This document shows, one piece after another, positions 80,972-97,060 of a stretch of 248,000 nt of DNA (the stretch's first letter is position 1; every line of letters begins with the position of its first letter). Made by a program: the position numbers and the translations under genes. The notes under the pieces are model-generated. The model saw only the letters and a list, made by a program, of their open reading frames with translations. It was not told the origin of the DNA and ran no database searches. This stretch comes from Octopus vulgaris (Eukaryota), in the NCBI GenBank assembly GCA_951406725.2, contig OX597822.1, forward strand, positions 43,420,001 through 43,668,000. Reading direction: 5' to 3'.

Positions 80972-80975
<4 letters not shown>
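80760..80975. repeat. (CTAC)n microsatellite
   Basis: About 50 units of acct. Confidence 0.95.
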
Positions 80976-81011
<36 letters not shown>

Positions 81012-81234
81012 ATCAATATAGGGTGGCAAAAAAAAAATTTTGTAGAATTCTTTTGCCACCAGCGGCCTAGTAGGAAAAAATTAAATAGTCATAAACCATT
81101 TTTACGTTCAACATCACAATCAAGGAACGGCCATAATAGGCCATTCACCCACTAGAAATAACAGCCAAAAGCTTTAACCGCAAAATAACATTAATTCCGT
81201 AAACCAGGAGAAAATTGAAAAACTTTTACCCTGT

Positions 81235-81343
81235 AATTTCTTAGACGATGCACCGTTTCATCTACCGTTTAATGGTAAACTAACCTGATTAAATTAAATC
81301 AAGCCAATCCACCATAGGCCCTTAGACTCATCAGTAAGAAATA
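81235..81343 (-). ncRNA. Type I hammerhead ribozyme (unit 1)
   Basis: tttctta-CTGATGA-gtcta...tagat-GAAAC-ggtgcatc-GTC-taagaaa. Confidence 0.9.
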
Positions 81344-81725
81344 GCCAAGTCGGAACAGATATTTTTCACGAGGCATTCCTCTTGCTACCTCGGCAATATC
81401 TGACCTAAAATTTTCAAATCGTCGCACTCGCGCCAAATTTATCGGCAGCAAATAAATATAAGCCACCGATTCCATTACGGAACTAACCAGAAAATTCATA
81501 ATTAATCAATATAGGGTGGCAAAAAAAATTTTGTAGAATTCTTTTGCCACCAGCGGCCTAGTAGGAAAAAATTAAATAGTCATAAACCATTTTTACGTTC
81601 AACATCACAATCAAGGAACGGCCATAATAGGCCATTCACCCACTAGAAATAACAGCCAAAAGCTTTAACCGCAAAATAACATTAATTCCGTAAACCAGGA
81701 GAAAATTGAAAAACTTTTACCCTGT

Positions 81726-81834
81726 AATTTCTTAGACGATGCACCGTTTCATCTACCGTTTAATGGTAAACTAACCTGATTAAATTAAATCAAGCCAATC
81801 CACCATAGGCCCTTAGACTCATCAGTAAGAAATA
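81726..81834 (-). ncRNA. Type I hammerhead ribozyme (unit 2)
   Basis: Same fold 491 bp away. Confidence 0.9.
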
Positions 81835-81991
81835 GCCAAGTCGGAACAGATATTTTTCACGAGGCATTCCTCTTGCTACCTCGGCAATATCTGACCTAAA
81901 ATTTTCAAATCGTCGCACTCGCGCCAAATTTATCGGCAGCAAATAAATATAAGCCACCGATTCCATTACGGAACTAACCAGAAAATTCATA

Positions 81992-82024
<33 letters not shown>

Positions 82025-82499
82025 TATTTTTACAAAAAGAGGAGTGACAGTGACTTCGCAGTTTCTCGTGCTCCATTATGACCGCAGTTCTCTTGAACTA
82101 ATTATTGAATAAAAGCATCTAAGTGCATATGTACACACCCAACATACATACATACACACACACGTATACATATATATTGATAGATAGATATACACATGAA
82201 TGTATGTTCGCATGTATGGTAATATGTATGTGTCTATATATATATATATATCAAGGCATAGATTCACATATGCATACCATAGTATATGATTATAGACTTA
82301 ACAAAGGAGTCTATCATTGACGGATTGGTGATCATTCTCGTTTTTAATCATCATCGCCATTATTGCCGCCATTTCTCAGAGATTTCTCTGTGCAGCTCTG
82401 GACGTAATGTTGTCTTTGATGGCTTTTATCCATTGTCTATACCACAAAAGAATGCCCTAGACTTGCCCAAAACCACTACAAGTTGTGGCGACATGATTA

Positions 82500-82780
82500 G
82501 GTAGCGGAAGTGATACGTTGGAAATTGTGCAAAACGTGGGGAGCAGAGAAGGGCAAGATGTGGTATGAACATAAACCGCACAGTGTAGCAGAGTCGGAGT
82601 CTAGCGACATTCTTGGGGATTTCCCAATCCAAACAGATCACGTGATAGAGCATAACAGACCGGACCAAGTTGTAGTGGATAAGGTGCACCACATCTGCTA
82701 TATAGTTGATGTTTTATGCCCGATTGATCCACGAATAGTCAAGAAGGAAGGCGAAAAAATAGATAAATATACCATCTTAA
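82500..82780 (+). mobile_element. R4-clade RLE fragment
   Basis: WKLCKTWG...WYEHKP...DFPIQTDHVIEHNRPDQVVVD. Confidence 0.75.
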
Positions 82781-82865
82781 GTATGTCTGTATTTGTGTTT
82801 GTATATATATGTGTTTATATGTTTGTGTGTGTTGTGTGTGTGTTGCGCGTGTGTGTGTGATGTGA

Positions 82866-82915
<50 letters not shown>

Positions 82916-83160
82916 CTGTGTGTGTAACGATATAAATTTTACTTCAGTAGCGAAAGAACGTATAGTATGTTGAACTTAGTAAGCCTGCAACGCATGCAAG
83001 ATCCCAGGAGCTCCAACTAAACCTGTGATAAAGGGTTTTGGTGATATTATGGTGAAAGTAACAACAACAATATTAATAATTATAATCATAATAAAGAACA
83101 TGTATGATTATCGATATAGCAACAACAACAACAATAATAATGATAATAATAATAATAATG

Positions 83161-83212
<52 letters not shown>

Positions 83213-83240
83213 TAATAAAGATAATAATAATAATAATAAC

Positions 83241-83284
<44 letters not shown>

Positions 83285-83320
83285 TAATAATGATGATGAT
83301 GATGATGATCTTGTTGATGT

Positions 83321-83360
<40 letters not shown>

Positions 83361-84083
83361 ATTATCCGCTGTGGTCAGCTGACACTTTCCATCAGCTGAC
83401 ACTTTCCCAGCAAAATAAGCTGAGAGTTTTCATCAAAATAATAATAATGACCCCACTGTTTAACTGGTAATTATTTTATCGGTTCCCGAAAGCAATTGAA
83501 GGCAAAGTTAACTTCGGCGGAATTTGAACTCAGAACACAAAGAGGACAAGACAATAACAACAACAACAACAGTAAGAAGAATAAGAAGACGAAGAAAAAG
83601 AAGAAGAAAGAAAGAAAGAAAGATAGAAAATAAAAAAGATGTAGATGAAGAACAACAACAAGAAGAAAACGATAAAAAGAAAAAGCGGAAAATGAAAAGA
83701 AAGAGGAATATATGACAAATGAAGAGGATGCAACCGAAGAAAGACAAAAAAGAAAAAAGGAAGAGAGATATGTAGAGAAAAAAGGAGAGGAGAAAAAGAT
83801 GGCGGTTGTCTGTTAGGTAGATACATGTCGGAAACAATATTAATAATTATAATTATAATAAAGAACATGTATGATTATCGATATAGCATGCCCCGGTGAC
83901 AACAGGATCAATGTGAAAGAAGAAGAATAAATAAACAACCACGAGATTGAGTGAGAGAGAGAGAGAAAGAGAGAGACAGAGTTAGATAGATAGATTAATA
84001 GATTGACAGAGAGAGAAAGAAAGAGTGACAGCAAAAAGGAACGGTTAGCTTGACATAAAATGTATAGTCACTTATTCTGTAAT

Positions 84084-84166
<83 letters not shown>

Positions 84167-84178
84167 GTTTATATTGTA

Positions 84179-84616
84179 CTAGCAGCATAGCCCGGCGTTG
84201 CCCGGGTATGTAAGAGCCCCTAGTAGGCAACGACTAATCCCAATCTAGTCCTTTCCCTCTAGGGAACGAAGGCGCATGTGTAGGTTGCAATGTCTTCTCT
84301 TCACTCGAATACTTCTGTGTAAACGATGTTCTTAGCTGTCCCTTTGGGCGATAAAAAGGTCGAGTTGTGTCCCCTAGACAGAAAATGTGTTGCATATAAA
84401 AAGCTTAGATTCTCGACCCCATGTCGAATTTATCGATTGTTTTCAGAACTGGGGGAACTTTTCAAAATTTTCACTGCGCTAGTTTTGAATTATGACATTG
84501 GGTTATGTGTGTCAAGTTTCATCAGAATCGGTTGAAAGCCGTGGTCAGGGTGAGGGTACAACCTGACAGACACACAGACACACAGACAGACAAACTGCCG
84601 TTTATATATAGAGAGA
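84179..84616 (-). mobile_element. Non-autonomous Helitron, family B
   Basis: 5' TCTCTCTATATATAAACGGCAG; 3' hairpin CCCGGGCAACGCCGGG + CTATGCTGCTAG. Confidence 0.8.
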
Positions 84617-85016
84617 TACGCGTGTAAGCGTATGTTTGAGAGTGTGTGGCAGTGTCTGTGTCTCAATATGTGTATGTATGTGTGTATGTATATATAGTTT
84701 ACTGTTCCGTTATAGATAGGACCAAGTAAAACAGTTCTCCATATATATATTTACGTATATATTCCATTCACACTGAAATCATACTAAAACAAGTCTTTTC
84801 TTCTTTTACAAAAAAAGGTTCATCTTATACATAAAACCTTTCATTCATTACATAGACATCACAAATGACATTTGCAAAGAGATAGAAAACGTCGCTGCAA
84901 TGAAAATGTAGGCTTTCGAAAAATGTCTGCATCATAGAGCATATCAATATGAGAAACAAAACTACACACACACACACACACATATATATATACATATATA
85001 TACATATACACACACA

Positions 85017-85052
<36 letters not shown>

Positions 85053-85097
85053 TATATATACATACATATATATATATATACATACATATATATATAC

Positions 85098-85162
<65 letters not shown>

Positions 85163-85326
85163 TGTGTTGATTCAGCAGCAGCGACAATTTAGATGACTCA
85201 ATACAAATGTAGAGTCTTCTTTAATGCATTATAACTGCAAGGCTTCGATTTCCAGTACTCAGTACTATTTGTTTCCAATCACTAGTAGGTAAACCGTGCC
85301 TGGTTTTCTTTTCAACATCCACTGTC

Positions 85327-85361
<35 letters not shown>

Positions 85362-85797
85362 CCATATTTGATTTGAAATGAAAAACGCGAGCGTGAATCA
85401 TTGGTTTTTTGTCACATGTCGTTCACAAAGTTTTTTTTTTTTTTACGAAAGAACATAAAGATAAGCAATTCTTCTAATTCCATTTCATTTCATACTTCAA
85501 GAATTACTCTGACTATGAATATTCAGAAGAAGACCAGACCCGCTTTACCAGCTGGTGATTGGAGACGAGCAACTTGGAATACTGGAAATCGAATAGTTTC
85601 ACTTATTACGTATGTATGTATAGGCGTAGGAGTGGCTGTGCGGTAAGTAGCTTGCTTACGAACCACATGGTTCCGAGTTCAGTCCCACTGCGTGGCACCT
85701 TGGGCAAGTGTCTTCTATTATAGCCTCTTGCCGACCAAAGCCTTGCGAGTGGATTTGGTAGACGGAAACTGAAAGAAGCCCGTCGTATATATGTATG

Positions 85798-85873
<76 letters not shown>

Positions 85874-86039
85874 TGTGTGCGTGTGTGTGCGTGTGTGTGT
85901 GTATCTTTGTGTGTCTGTGTTTGTTCCCCAACATCGCTTGACAACCGATGTTGGTGTGTTTACGTCCCCGTAACTTAGCAGCAAAAGAGAATGATAGAAT
86001 AAGTACTAGGCTTCCAAAGAATAAGTCAGCAATGAAGGA

Positions 86040-86735
<696 letters not shown>

Positions 86736-87542
86736 CATCCAACCGACATGAATTTACCATTGGGCTATTACTTTCTGTTCGCAATCTTAGCGACCAAAAC
86801 AATTTGGCAATCAATACCTTAACGTCCTTTAGTCCATACATCGATGACAACAGCACTAGCAATTAATGTAAATTTTTGAAAAGCACAATGAAAAATTCTA
86901 TCTCGATGTGATATCAAAATCTTTAGAAGTGATCATTACCACTATCACTGGCACTTTTGCAATTATAGGAAAAGGGCATACTCAATTCTGAGTATATAAT
87001 TTATTGGAATGAAAGTTTGTAAATTATATGATGATAAACTATATTCTTATATTTTGAAATGCTTCTGGTTAAAGGTGATGACAACATCGATACAGCAAAT
87101 TGTCTATCATGAGTACAGACGTGGCTGATAATACCGAATCAATATAGGCAGTTCTGGCAGCACTGAGCAGAATGAAGGTGACCTCAAACAACACATACAT
87201 ACGGTTGATGACGATGGCCATGCCTCTCTTCATGAGGTTTCTTGCGTTAGGTTTCAGAGAGCACAGCTCCAGCATCACTCACAGAATTCTATGCCTTCCA
87301 ATTGGAAGCCAGGACTTGCACTGGAATTAAAAGGGTAAAACGTGATAGTATAATATTTACAGCACAAATATCTCCCTTTATTGAATTTCTATTTACAAAC
87401 TTATGTCATCTATCATTCATAGAAAATACCAAAAAAGTTTACATTAAAGAATGGCGCTGCAAGTACACAAGCATACGTTTAAAACATTAATACGTTTAAT
87501 ACATCATAAGATGTTTTTCCTTTGGCTTTGTTTTATATTTCC

Positions 87543-87644
<102 letters not shown>

Positions 87645-88212
87645 CATCTATCTATCTATGTATCTATCTATCTATATACGTATATTTATATGTACAGATA
87701 TCTAAATATCTATGTATTATGTTATGTGTATGTATGCAAATACCTCTATAAATATAAGTATGAAGTTACGTACACATACACACAGACACACACACACACA
87801 CGCACACACACATATATACATGTGTGCGCGTGTGTGTGTGTGGATATGTGTGTATGTATGAGTACGTACATACGTATATGTTTGTGTCTGTATGTGCATG
87901 TACGTATACATGTTTGTGTGTGTATGGATAAAGACGTTATGAATGCAGGTGGTTTATGTCAATGTATTATAAGAATATGGTTGCGTGTATGTTTTTGTTT
88001 TTTTCTTTTTCTACCTATTAGAGTGACTTCCCTTTTATTCAATGGTTTCATAGCATCTGTGCCATTAATACCCGACGAAAAATGCATCGCAGCTCTTCGT
88101 TCCGACATTCGAAACTCCGAGTATTATAACAACTTATTGTTTGTTCTAAATTATGACATATATAAATAATCATCTATTTATCAATTAATCGTGGTCTCAT
88201 ACTTTTGTTGTT

Positions 88213-88319
<107 letters not shown>

Positions 88320-88384
88320 GTTATTATTATTATTATTATTATTATCATTTATCATTATATATATTTATATATATATAAATACAA

Positions 88385-88417
<33 letters not shown>

Positions 88418-89709
88418 CGTGTGTGTGTGTATGGGGATACGTATATACATGTAGATATGTGTAACATGTACTCACATCCACATTTTTATCTGTCTATAGT
88501 CATTTAGTAACCATATACAGCAGAAATTTTCTTTAGTATTATATAAACACGATGCTTGGCATCTATTAACTGGCTTATAGTAGCATCTTTTGTATTTTCT
88601 CGTGTAAATGACAATCTGTTGACCATTTCAAAAGACACACTTAACCGACAGACATAACCCGACCTCTGACAACCGATTATTTCCCGAAGATTCACATAGG
88701 AAATAAAGAAAACTTGAGTAGCGTAAGAGTAATTATTACTCTACGCGTTTCTATAAACACTGCTACAGATATTGATTAATAACCCCCTCACTTGCGCATG
88801 CATTACATTACAAAAGCACGTAGAAAAAAGGTCAATCTACTGGCACCCGGGTACTTGAAAGTTAAATAATTAGAACTCTAGGCACCCTCTTCGCTTACGA
88901 CGACGAGGGTTCCAGTTAATCCGATCAACGGAACAAGCCTGCTCATGAAATTAATGTGCAAGTGGCTGAGCACTCCACAGACGCGTGTACCTTTATCATA
89001 GTTCTCGGGGATATTCAACGTGACACAGAGTGTGACAAGGCCGGCCCTTTGAATTACAGGGACAACAGAAAAAGGAAGTAAGAGTGAGTACAGCAGGGTT
89101 CGCCACCATCCCCTGCAGGGGCCTCGTGGAGCTTTAGGTGTTTTCGCTCAATAAACACTCACAACGCCCGGTCTGAGAATCGAAACCGCTAGGCCATTGC
89201 GCCTCTACATTTATAACAATGTAAGCTAGCTAGAAAGAGGAGTAAATAATTAGATAGACAGGCAGGTCAATGGATTTCGTACATGTGACAATAGTTAGAT
89301 AAATTGAAAAGTGATAGAGCAGGGAAGGCAGTTTCCCTAGTCGAAAGATGCTCTGACATAGAATTTGTAGTCGAAATAATAGTGGTAGTTTGTTAATGGA
89401 AGCTACAATGGCGACCGTTGCAGAATCTTTTGTCGCTGAAACCTAACGATGTACAGTTGTCTCACTATCAAGTGAGACAACTATCACCTGACTTAATGTG
89501 GGCAGTCATCATATATATATATCGTTCAAATACACATACACACATCAATAAAGTAGAAAATTGGATTCAGTGAATCAAGAGAAACTCGCGGTAAGCATCT
89601 CATACATACATGAATGCCTAAATAATACATATATACATACATACATACATTCAAACATATATACATACGCATACACGCACAAATATATATATATATATAC
89701 ATCCACTTG

Positions 89710-89846
<137 letters not shown>

Positions 89847-89893
89847 GTCTATATCTATCTATCTATCTATCTATATATCTATTTATGTATCTA

Positions 89894-89968
<75 letters not shown>

Positions 89969-90417
89969 TTACCTACACAGGGTCACAGATACACACATAT
90001 ATAAATCTAAATGTGCCAAGCTATCTTCTATCTACCTATCTCTTTCTATATATCTATATAAACAGAGAAAGATCGAGAGTAGGAGAGAAGACATATGTAA
90101 ATACACACACACACGCACACGCACACACATGAACTGTAGCTAATTAAACCATTCATCTATATCAAACACATTCGAAATATAGTCTGAAAAGAAATTTGTA
90201 GACTTTTCCAAGAGTCGATACTTTAAAAGTGTTGATTAGTAATATATTTGTATCCTTGTGTAGATAATGTAATGTATTGATATTCACACTTTTGTTAGTT
90301 TGATTAAAGAAGTTCGAAAAATACCGTATTTTTCTGACATTATTCTGACGGTAATGTGCAGTAAATACACACAGACAGATAGACAGCCAGCCAGCCAGCC
90401 AGACAGACAGACAGACA

Positions 90418-90454
<37 letters not shown>

Positions 90455-90861
90455 TCATATGAGCGAGCAATAAAGAGAATCTTGAACGCGGAATAATTGT
90501 GGAGACAGCTTAGAAGATCGGCTAAATATCCTTAGAAGACGGAAAAATTGTGTGCTTCGAAAGGTGTACATCTCAGATTCCCGTGAAAATTCCGTATCGT
90601 TGAGGTAAACGACCCTTAACAACAAACTTCTTCTTTTATAACCCTAAATGATAGCTTTGGAATGTGAGAACATTTTCTTATAAAGAAAGTTAAATGCGCC
90701 GATCAAATGGTATTTTACAGAAAAGATAGGAGAGCTGGAAAGCAGAATAGCTATAAAATACCTTAGAAGCTTGGATACATACGCCTAGAAGAGGGAAGTA
90801 ACCACATACACACACACACACACACGCACACTTATATATGCATACATACATACATACATAC

Positions 90862-90914
<53 letters not shown>

Positions 90915-90948
90915 TATGAAATAGAGTCCAGAGTAATCCAGGAGTCTT

Positions 90949-91163
90949 TAACGTTTCGAGCCTACGCTCTTCCACAGAAAGGAACACAGAAAGAAACAAG
91001 GAGAGAAACAATCAGAGAAAAAATGTGTGTAGTGGCTACCGATCGATCATGGCCACTACACAGCTATCGGTAGCCACTACACACACATTTTTTCTCTCCT
91101 TATTTCTCTCCTTGCTTCTTTCTGTGTTCCTTTCTGTGGAAGAGCGTAGGCTCGAAACGTTTA
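90949..91163. repeat. Palindrome with A6U hammerhead-like motif in each arm
   Basis: cttt-CTGTGGA-a-gagc-gtag-gctc-GAAACGTT on both strands (91130-91163 +; 90946-90980 -). Confidence 0.8.
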
Positions 91164-91235
91164 TGGCTTTTTCAATTCCCGAGCATTATGCTAATACATC
91201 TGTCTTAGTCTTTTGTATTTTTCGTGAATTCTCCA

Positions 91236-91328
<93 letters not shown>

Positions 91329-92039
91329 TGTATATATATATAGGTTATGAGAAGTAATGGCGTCATTGAGACCTAAAGGTGTCAGGTAATGCTGATTAAG
91401 TGCTTTAGATAGACCGAAGTTAAATTCCAGGTTCGGTGACTATGCGAATAAGGGGTTCAACGTTGGTCATATGTCAGCGTGTGTATATAAAAATTTTATT
91501 TAGTAATGAGATAAAAAAAACAAGGCTGTGAAGATTTTAGAATATTTATCGATAGGTCCTTACAGCTATTTCCAGGATATTTATTATAATCCTTTCATCG
91601 GAGACGGTGTGTGAGGATGGTTATAAAATAGTTAATTTAGATAAGATATAAAATAGAGAGTGAGGTGGAGGATATAAAAGAAAATAGGTTTGAGATATGT
91701 AGGGATATAGCATTTGTAGATCTATTTTTAAAAGCAGAATGGTATACATGTAATATTCCAATACCTTATGAGTAAAATCCAATAGAATTTTTTAGTTCGA
91801 TTCAGCCCGAGGTTAGCTCATCATTTTTCAGTCATTTGTTTATATTTAAAAATTGTTGCTTCAAATCGGAGAATAAGTATCATTATGATACATTGTATAC
91901 AGTTATTATACTATCAGCCTTCCATTGTAGCTTTCTCTCCATAACACGCAAAGCCTCTCGGTTTATGTATGATGCGATTCTTCAAAGGCATTTTAGATCA
92001 ATGTTAACCCTCTGCCGCCTTGTCTCATTTTAGCTAGAT

Positions 92040-93115
92040 GCAGCCTACGTCATTGCTTATGTGGAAATTGTGTGCTTGTCAGTATTTTTCGGGTTTTCAC
92101 ATCAATGGCTCAGATCTCATCAATCGTCCAATCATGCAGCCCAAATGTTGGTGAGCCACTGTTTTATTGGAAGCAGATACCTGTGAGGTTCAAATTGTCT
92201 TTATTCAGCTGTAATATTCTTTAGTGACACGTGTTACATGTGCCATTGGAAGACATGTTTTCATCCACCCCTAGATACCTGCAAAATTCCTCTCAGATAT
92301 AGGGGAACAAGTCAAGACATTAATGGAGACGTTGCTAGTCTGGTTTACAGTTTTTCCCTTTTTCACAACGATATAACAACATTTATCCTGACCTAACTTC
92401 AACCCTACATCTTTTGAGAATGTTGTAACCATGTCAAGGCTCTTTTTCATCTCGTGCATATTCTTTGCATAAAGTTTCGAGTCATTCACAAAGAAACAAG
92501 TGTGTAATTTTGGTATTTCTTTTTCCTTGTGAACTAATAAAATATCTTTCCGACTCCCTTAACATAAATAACAAGCGGTTTACAGAAAGTATAAACAACA
92601 TTCCAGAGGCTGTCTCCATGGAATATGCTTTCACGATACTGTATTCTATCAGTGATAGAATACAGTCACTCTTTATGTTTAATTTCAAAATGGTGGCCCA
92701 CGATGAAGTTGGATCAGCTATGGCTTTGACTATGTTCACTGGAACTTTATCAAATTTAAAGGCTTCTAGCATCTAGTGGGGAACAGACTCAAAAGCTTTT
92801 TTGTAGTCTAGCCACATTGAAACTAGGTTCCTCCTATGCTCTCGCACCTCCGACATCACAGTTTTGTTGATTAACAGTTGCTCGGCATATCCCCAGACTC
92901 TCTGCTTCCCAGGTGCTTGTTCTGCTGTGATGATGTTATAGGTTTCACAATAGTCCTGGAGGAAGAGGTTTAATCATGCTGTATATCTTATACATTAAGT
93001 TCTGGCATGCGATTGGCCGGCAGTTTTTTGCTATGTGGGTGGTTCTGCATTTGGGGATCAATTTTGCCTTTGCCAGAGCTAACCACTGTAGTATGCTACT
93101 GCTCCCATTAAGATG
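92040..93115 (-). mobile_element. R4-clade RT fragment (family 4)
   Basis: EQAPGKQRVWG..EQLLINKTVM...WLDYKKAFESVPH; related piece at 144040-144310. Confidence 0.75.
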
Positions 93116-94810
93116 GTACAGACAGACTGATAAGATAAGGTCGGTAGAGGGTTAGTGTCTTGTACCAATATCCATCAAGCAAGTCTCTTCGAACGATCGA
93201 TGCTGTATGCCATGCGTGTATGTATGTATGTATGTATGTATGTATGTATGTATGTATGTATGTATGTATGTATGTATGTATGTATGTATGTTTGTATGTA
93301 TGCATGCATGTATGCATACATATATGTATATGTATGTATGTATATTTGCATGCATGTATTTATGTATGTATGCATGCATGTATGTATGTATGTATGTATG
93401 TATGTATGTATGCATATATGTATATACGTATGTATGTATGCATGTATATATGTGCATATGTATGTATGCATGTATATATGTATGTATGCATATATGTATA
93501 TGTATGTATGCATGTATGTATGTGTGTATACGTGCATGCTTGTATGCATGCACATATGTATGTATGTGTTCCTTTTTTGCATTTGTCTCCCTATCATTGC
93601 TGGTATACACCTCCATAACTTAGAGATTCGGCGAAACGGACCGATAGACTAAATACTGGCATCGTTTTGTTCGACTAACTCCTACAAGCAGTGCTCCAGC
93701 TTCGTCGCAGTCCAATGACTATAACAAATAAAAGATGAAAGTCAACTCTATAGGAACGGTATGAACTTAAACACTATCGACAAAAACAACCGAGACCCCC
93801 AATACTTCTACCTACACCATTACAACAAACGTCATTAACGCTACAGATACCATCTCATCATATATTACTGTAGCCATCATCGTAGAGAAATCTATCACTA
93901 CTACAACTAACATTAAATGGACGTCTATGATTACTGTCATTAACACCATCATGAATATGAGACGTCTTGGCGCAGCCGTTTTGTCGCCGCCCATCTGGTG
94001 TCAATGATTCGACGCTGACTTATTTGACATCACACGTTTTAATGTTTCTTTTATTATAATGCTTTGCTCATTCTCTTCCTGTCTCTACCCCACCCTCTCT
94101 CTTTCTCGTTCTTTCTTTGTTTCTGTGTATGAGTATATGTGGGGACAGATTTGCTAAAGAATAGAACCAACGTTTTCTCTGCGTACTGTAAAAAGCAAAA
94201 AAAAAAAACCAGGTTGAGCTAGGCTTTTCACTTCGACATGGTAAAACTCTCACCTACAACCGCTACCCAAACAAGCCCATGGAATCGAGGGTTGTCACCT
94301 GAGTGATGCCAAGGTGTCAATCACCAGGAGTATGGAATAGCTGATAAATGAAGAGTGGGAGCGAGGCAATGTAATATTGGATGTCTCCATACCTGGCCTG
94401 AGATCATTTCTTTCTATATGACGAGAAGGAAGGTATTTACATAAATTATTTTCAATAAATGTATTGCTATATCTCATCCTGACACTCATTTTATCTGTGT
94501 GTGTATATTTTAGTGCGTGTGATTATGTGTCTGTGTTTGCCTTTGATGCTAAAAAGTACTGTCGCCAAACCAGGTTGATGATCACTCAACGGTACTAACT
94601 CATCTGCATCCAGTCAGCTGCGCCCAAACAGCTACGCTCAAAAAAATACGCCCAAACGGCTGCACCAAAACAGCTGCGCACAATAGTCTCATTCAGCACC
94701 TTCATTATACGCATGACAGATCTGGTAGAGTATTGGTCAAAATATATCGCAGTATTTACGCTCCTTGATATTCGAAGTTGAAATCTCTTCGGCATTGATA
94801 TGTATATACA

Positions 94811-94900
<90 letters not shown>

Positions 94901-95259
94901 TATATATATATATTTATAATCGATAAAATTAATTAATAATGTACTGAGAGATATTATATAGATTATAACCAAATTTGGAATGTATTATTCTAATAAATAT
95001 AAAGCAAAGTGTGTTTTTCAATTATATATTAAAAGTATTTTGCAAACACAAAATGCATTAACGAACACGTGTACGCATGTATGTATTTATACACACACAC
95101 ACACACATATGTACGCACATATATACATGAGTAAACATAAATACGAACATGTGTTTATACATAAATAAATAAATAAGTATATACATTGGCTTATCAAATC
95201 ACTGCCTGATTCTGCATATATATATATATATATATATAAGTATGTATAAGCATACATAT

Positions 95260-95291
<32 letters not shown>

Positions 95292-95786
95292 GTATGTATA
95301 AGCATATATATATATATATGTATGTATATATAATATATATTTAGATTGATATAGTTACACACACACACAAATATACACATAGGCAAACTTGCATATATAC
95401 TCACACACACGCATACACACATACACACACACATATATATATATATGCGCATGTATGCATAAACATAGACATAACTACATAGATGTGTGTTTGTACATAC
95501 ATAAATATATATACATACATACATACATAATTACACACATAGATGAATATATACATACACAAGCTTATCCAATCACTGCCTGGTTCTGCATGTGTTTTAT
95601 TCTCTCTTTTTTTTTTTTATTAATTACAAATATTCAGAAATAATTAATTGTATGTTCAGTTTGAATTCTTCCGTAATCAGGTGTTACGTAAAGCAGGGTG
95701 AGGGGGTATGTTCATCTCTTTCTCTCCTGGACTCATTATTTTGAACGTTATTTCGAACGACATCGCCATCGTCGTTGTCCTCGTCG

Positions 95787-95840
<54 letters not shown>

Positions 95841-96066
95841 ACGTCATCATCATCAACGTCATCATCATCATCATCATTATTACTATTTTTATAATGATTG
95901 CTAAAGCCACAACGTTCATCATAATCCTCATCATTATTTTTCGTATACAAACATGGGTTGAGATTATCAACGTAACAATCACCACCACCACCACCACCAC
96001 CACCGCCGCCGACGCCACACTACAATCAATCTCCTCCTCCCCCTCTTCCGCCTCCTTCTCTTCCAG

Positions 96067-96107
<41 letters not shown>

Positions 96108-96142
96108 AATTACCGTCATCACCGTCATCACCGTCACCATCG

Positions 96143-96178
<36 letters not shown>

Positions 96179-96721
96179 CTTTTGCAATTGTTGTTGTTCT
96201 ACACCGCCTCTTTATTCTTTTGAGCACTTCTTCCTCAACCTCTTCCTCTCCTCATCCTCCTTCTCCTTCTCCTTCTTCTTCTTCTCCTTCCTCATCTCAT
96301 TCTTCTTCTTCTCATTCATCTTATTGTTACTAATATCATCGTTGTTGCTGTTTATGCTACACTTTACTTCTTTGAGCTGGTACCTCACCAAAAGCCTGCT
96401 ATAATCCAATTAGCTGTTTTGGCAAATCCTGAACAAGGCTCCGTCTCTTAATTTAATCAAAACACAACTGCGATGCCATTTCCACGTTTCCGCTATAGAA
96501 TTGTTCCGCAATTTGAATTACTCAACATTTTACATATGTTGACTCTCTCTCACACACACAGACACACGCGCACACGCGCAGACTTATATAGATATATTTA
96601 TATGTATATGCATATATGTATATATATATATGCATATATCTGTGTGTATAGAGGCATATATAAATATGTGTTTGTATGTGTAAAAGCAAATATGTATATA
96701 TATATAATATACATACATACG

Positions 96722-96753
<32 letters not shown>

Positions 96754-96947
96754 CCGTATATTAGAAGTAAATAGGATTGAGGGCGCGAAAGGGAAAGCGA
96801 ATGAGAGATATGTATATAAGAATCATAATCACTAGCGCACACGCATGTGTGTGTGTGTGTGTGGTTGTATATATATATATATATGTCTATATATATATAT
96901 GTCTATATATATATATATATGTCTATATATATATATATATATGTATA

Positions 96948-96993
<46 letters not shown>

Positions 96994-97017
96994 TACATAT
97001 ATATATATGTATATGTC

Positions 97018-97060
<43 letters not shown>

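Larger units (their letters stand above)
81009..81993 (-). mobile_element. Retrozyme-like tandem dimer of a 491-bp unit
   Basis: Two near-identical units in (TA)n, each with a canonical hammerhead on the minus strand; no credible ORF. Confidence 0.8.
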
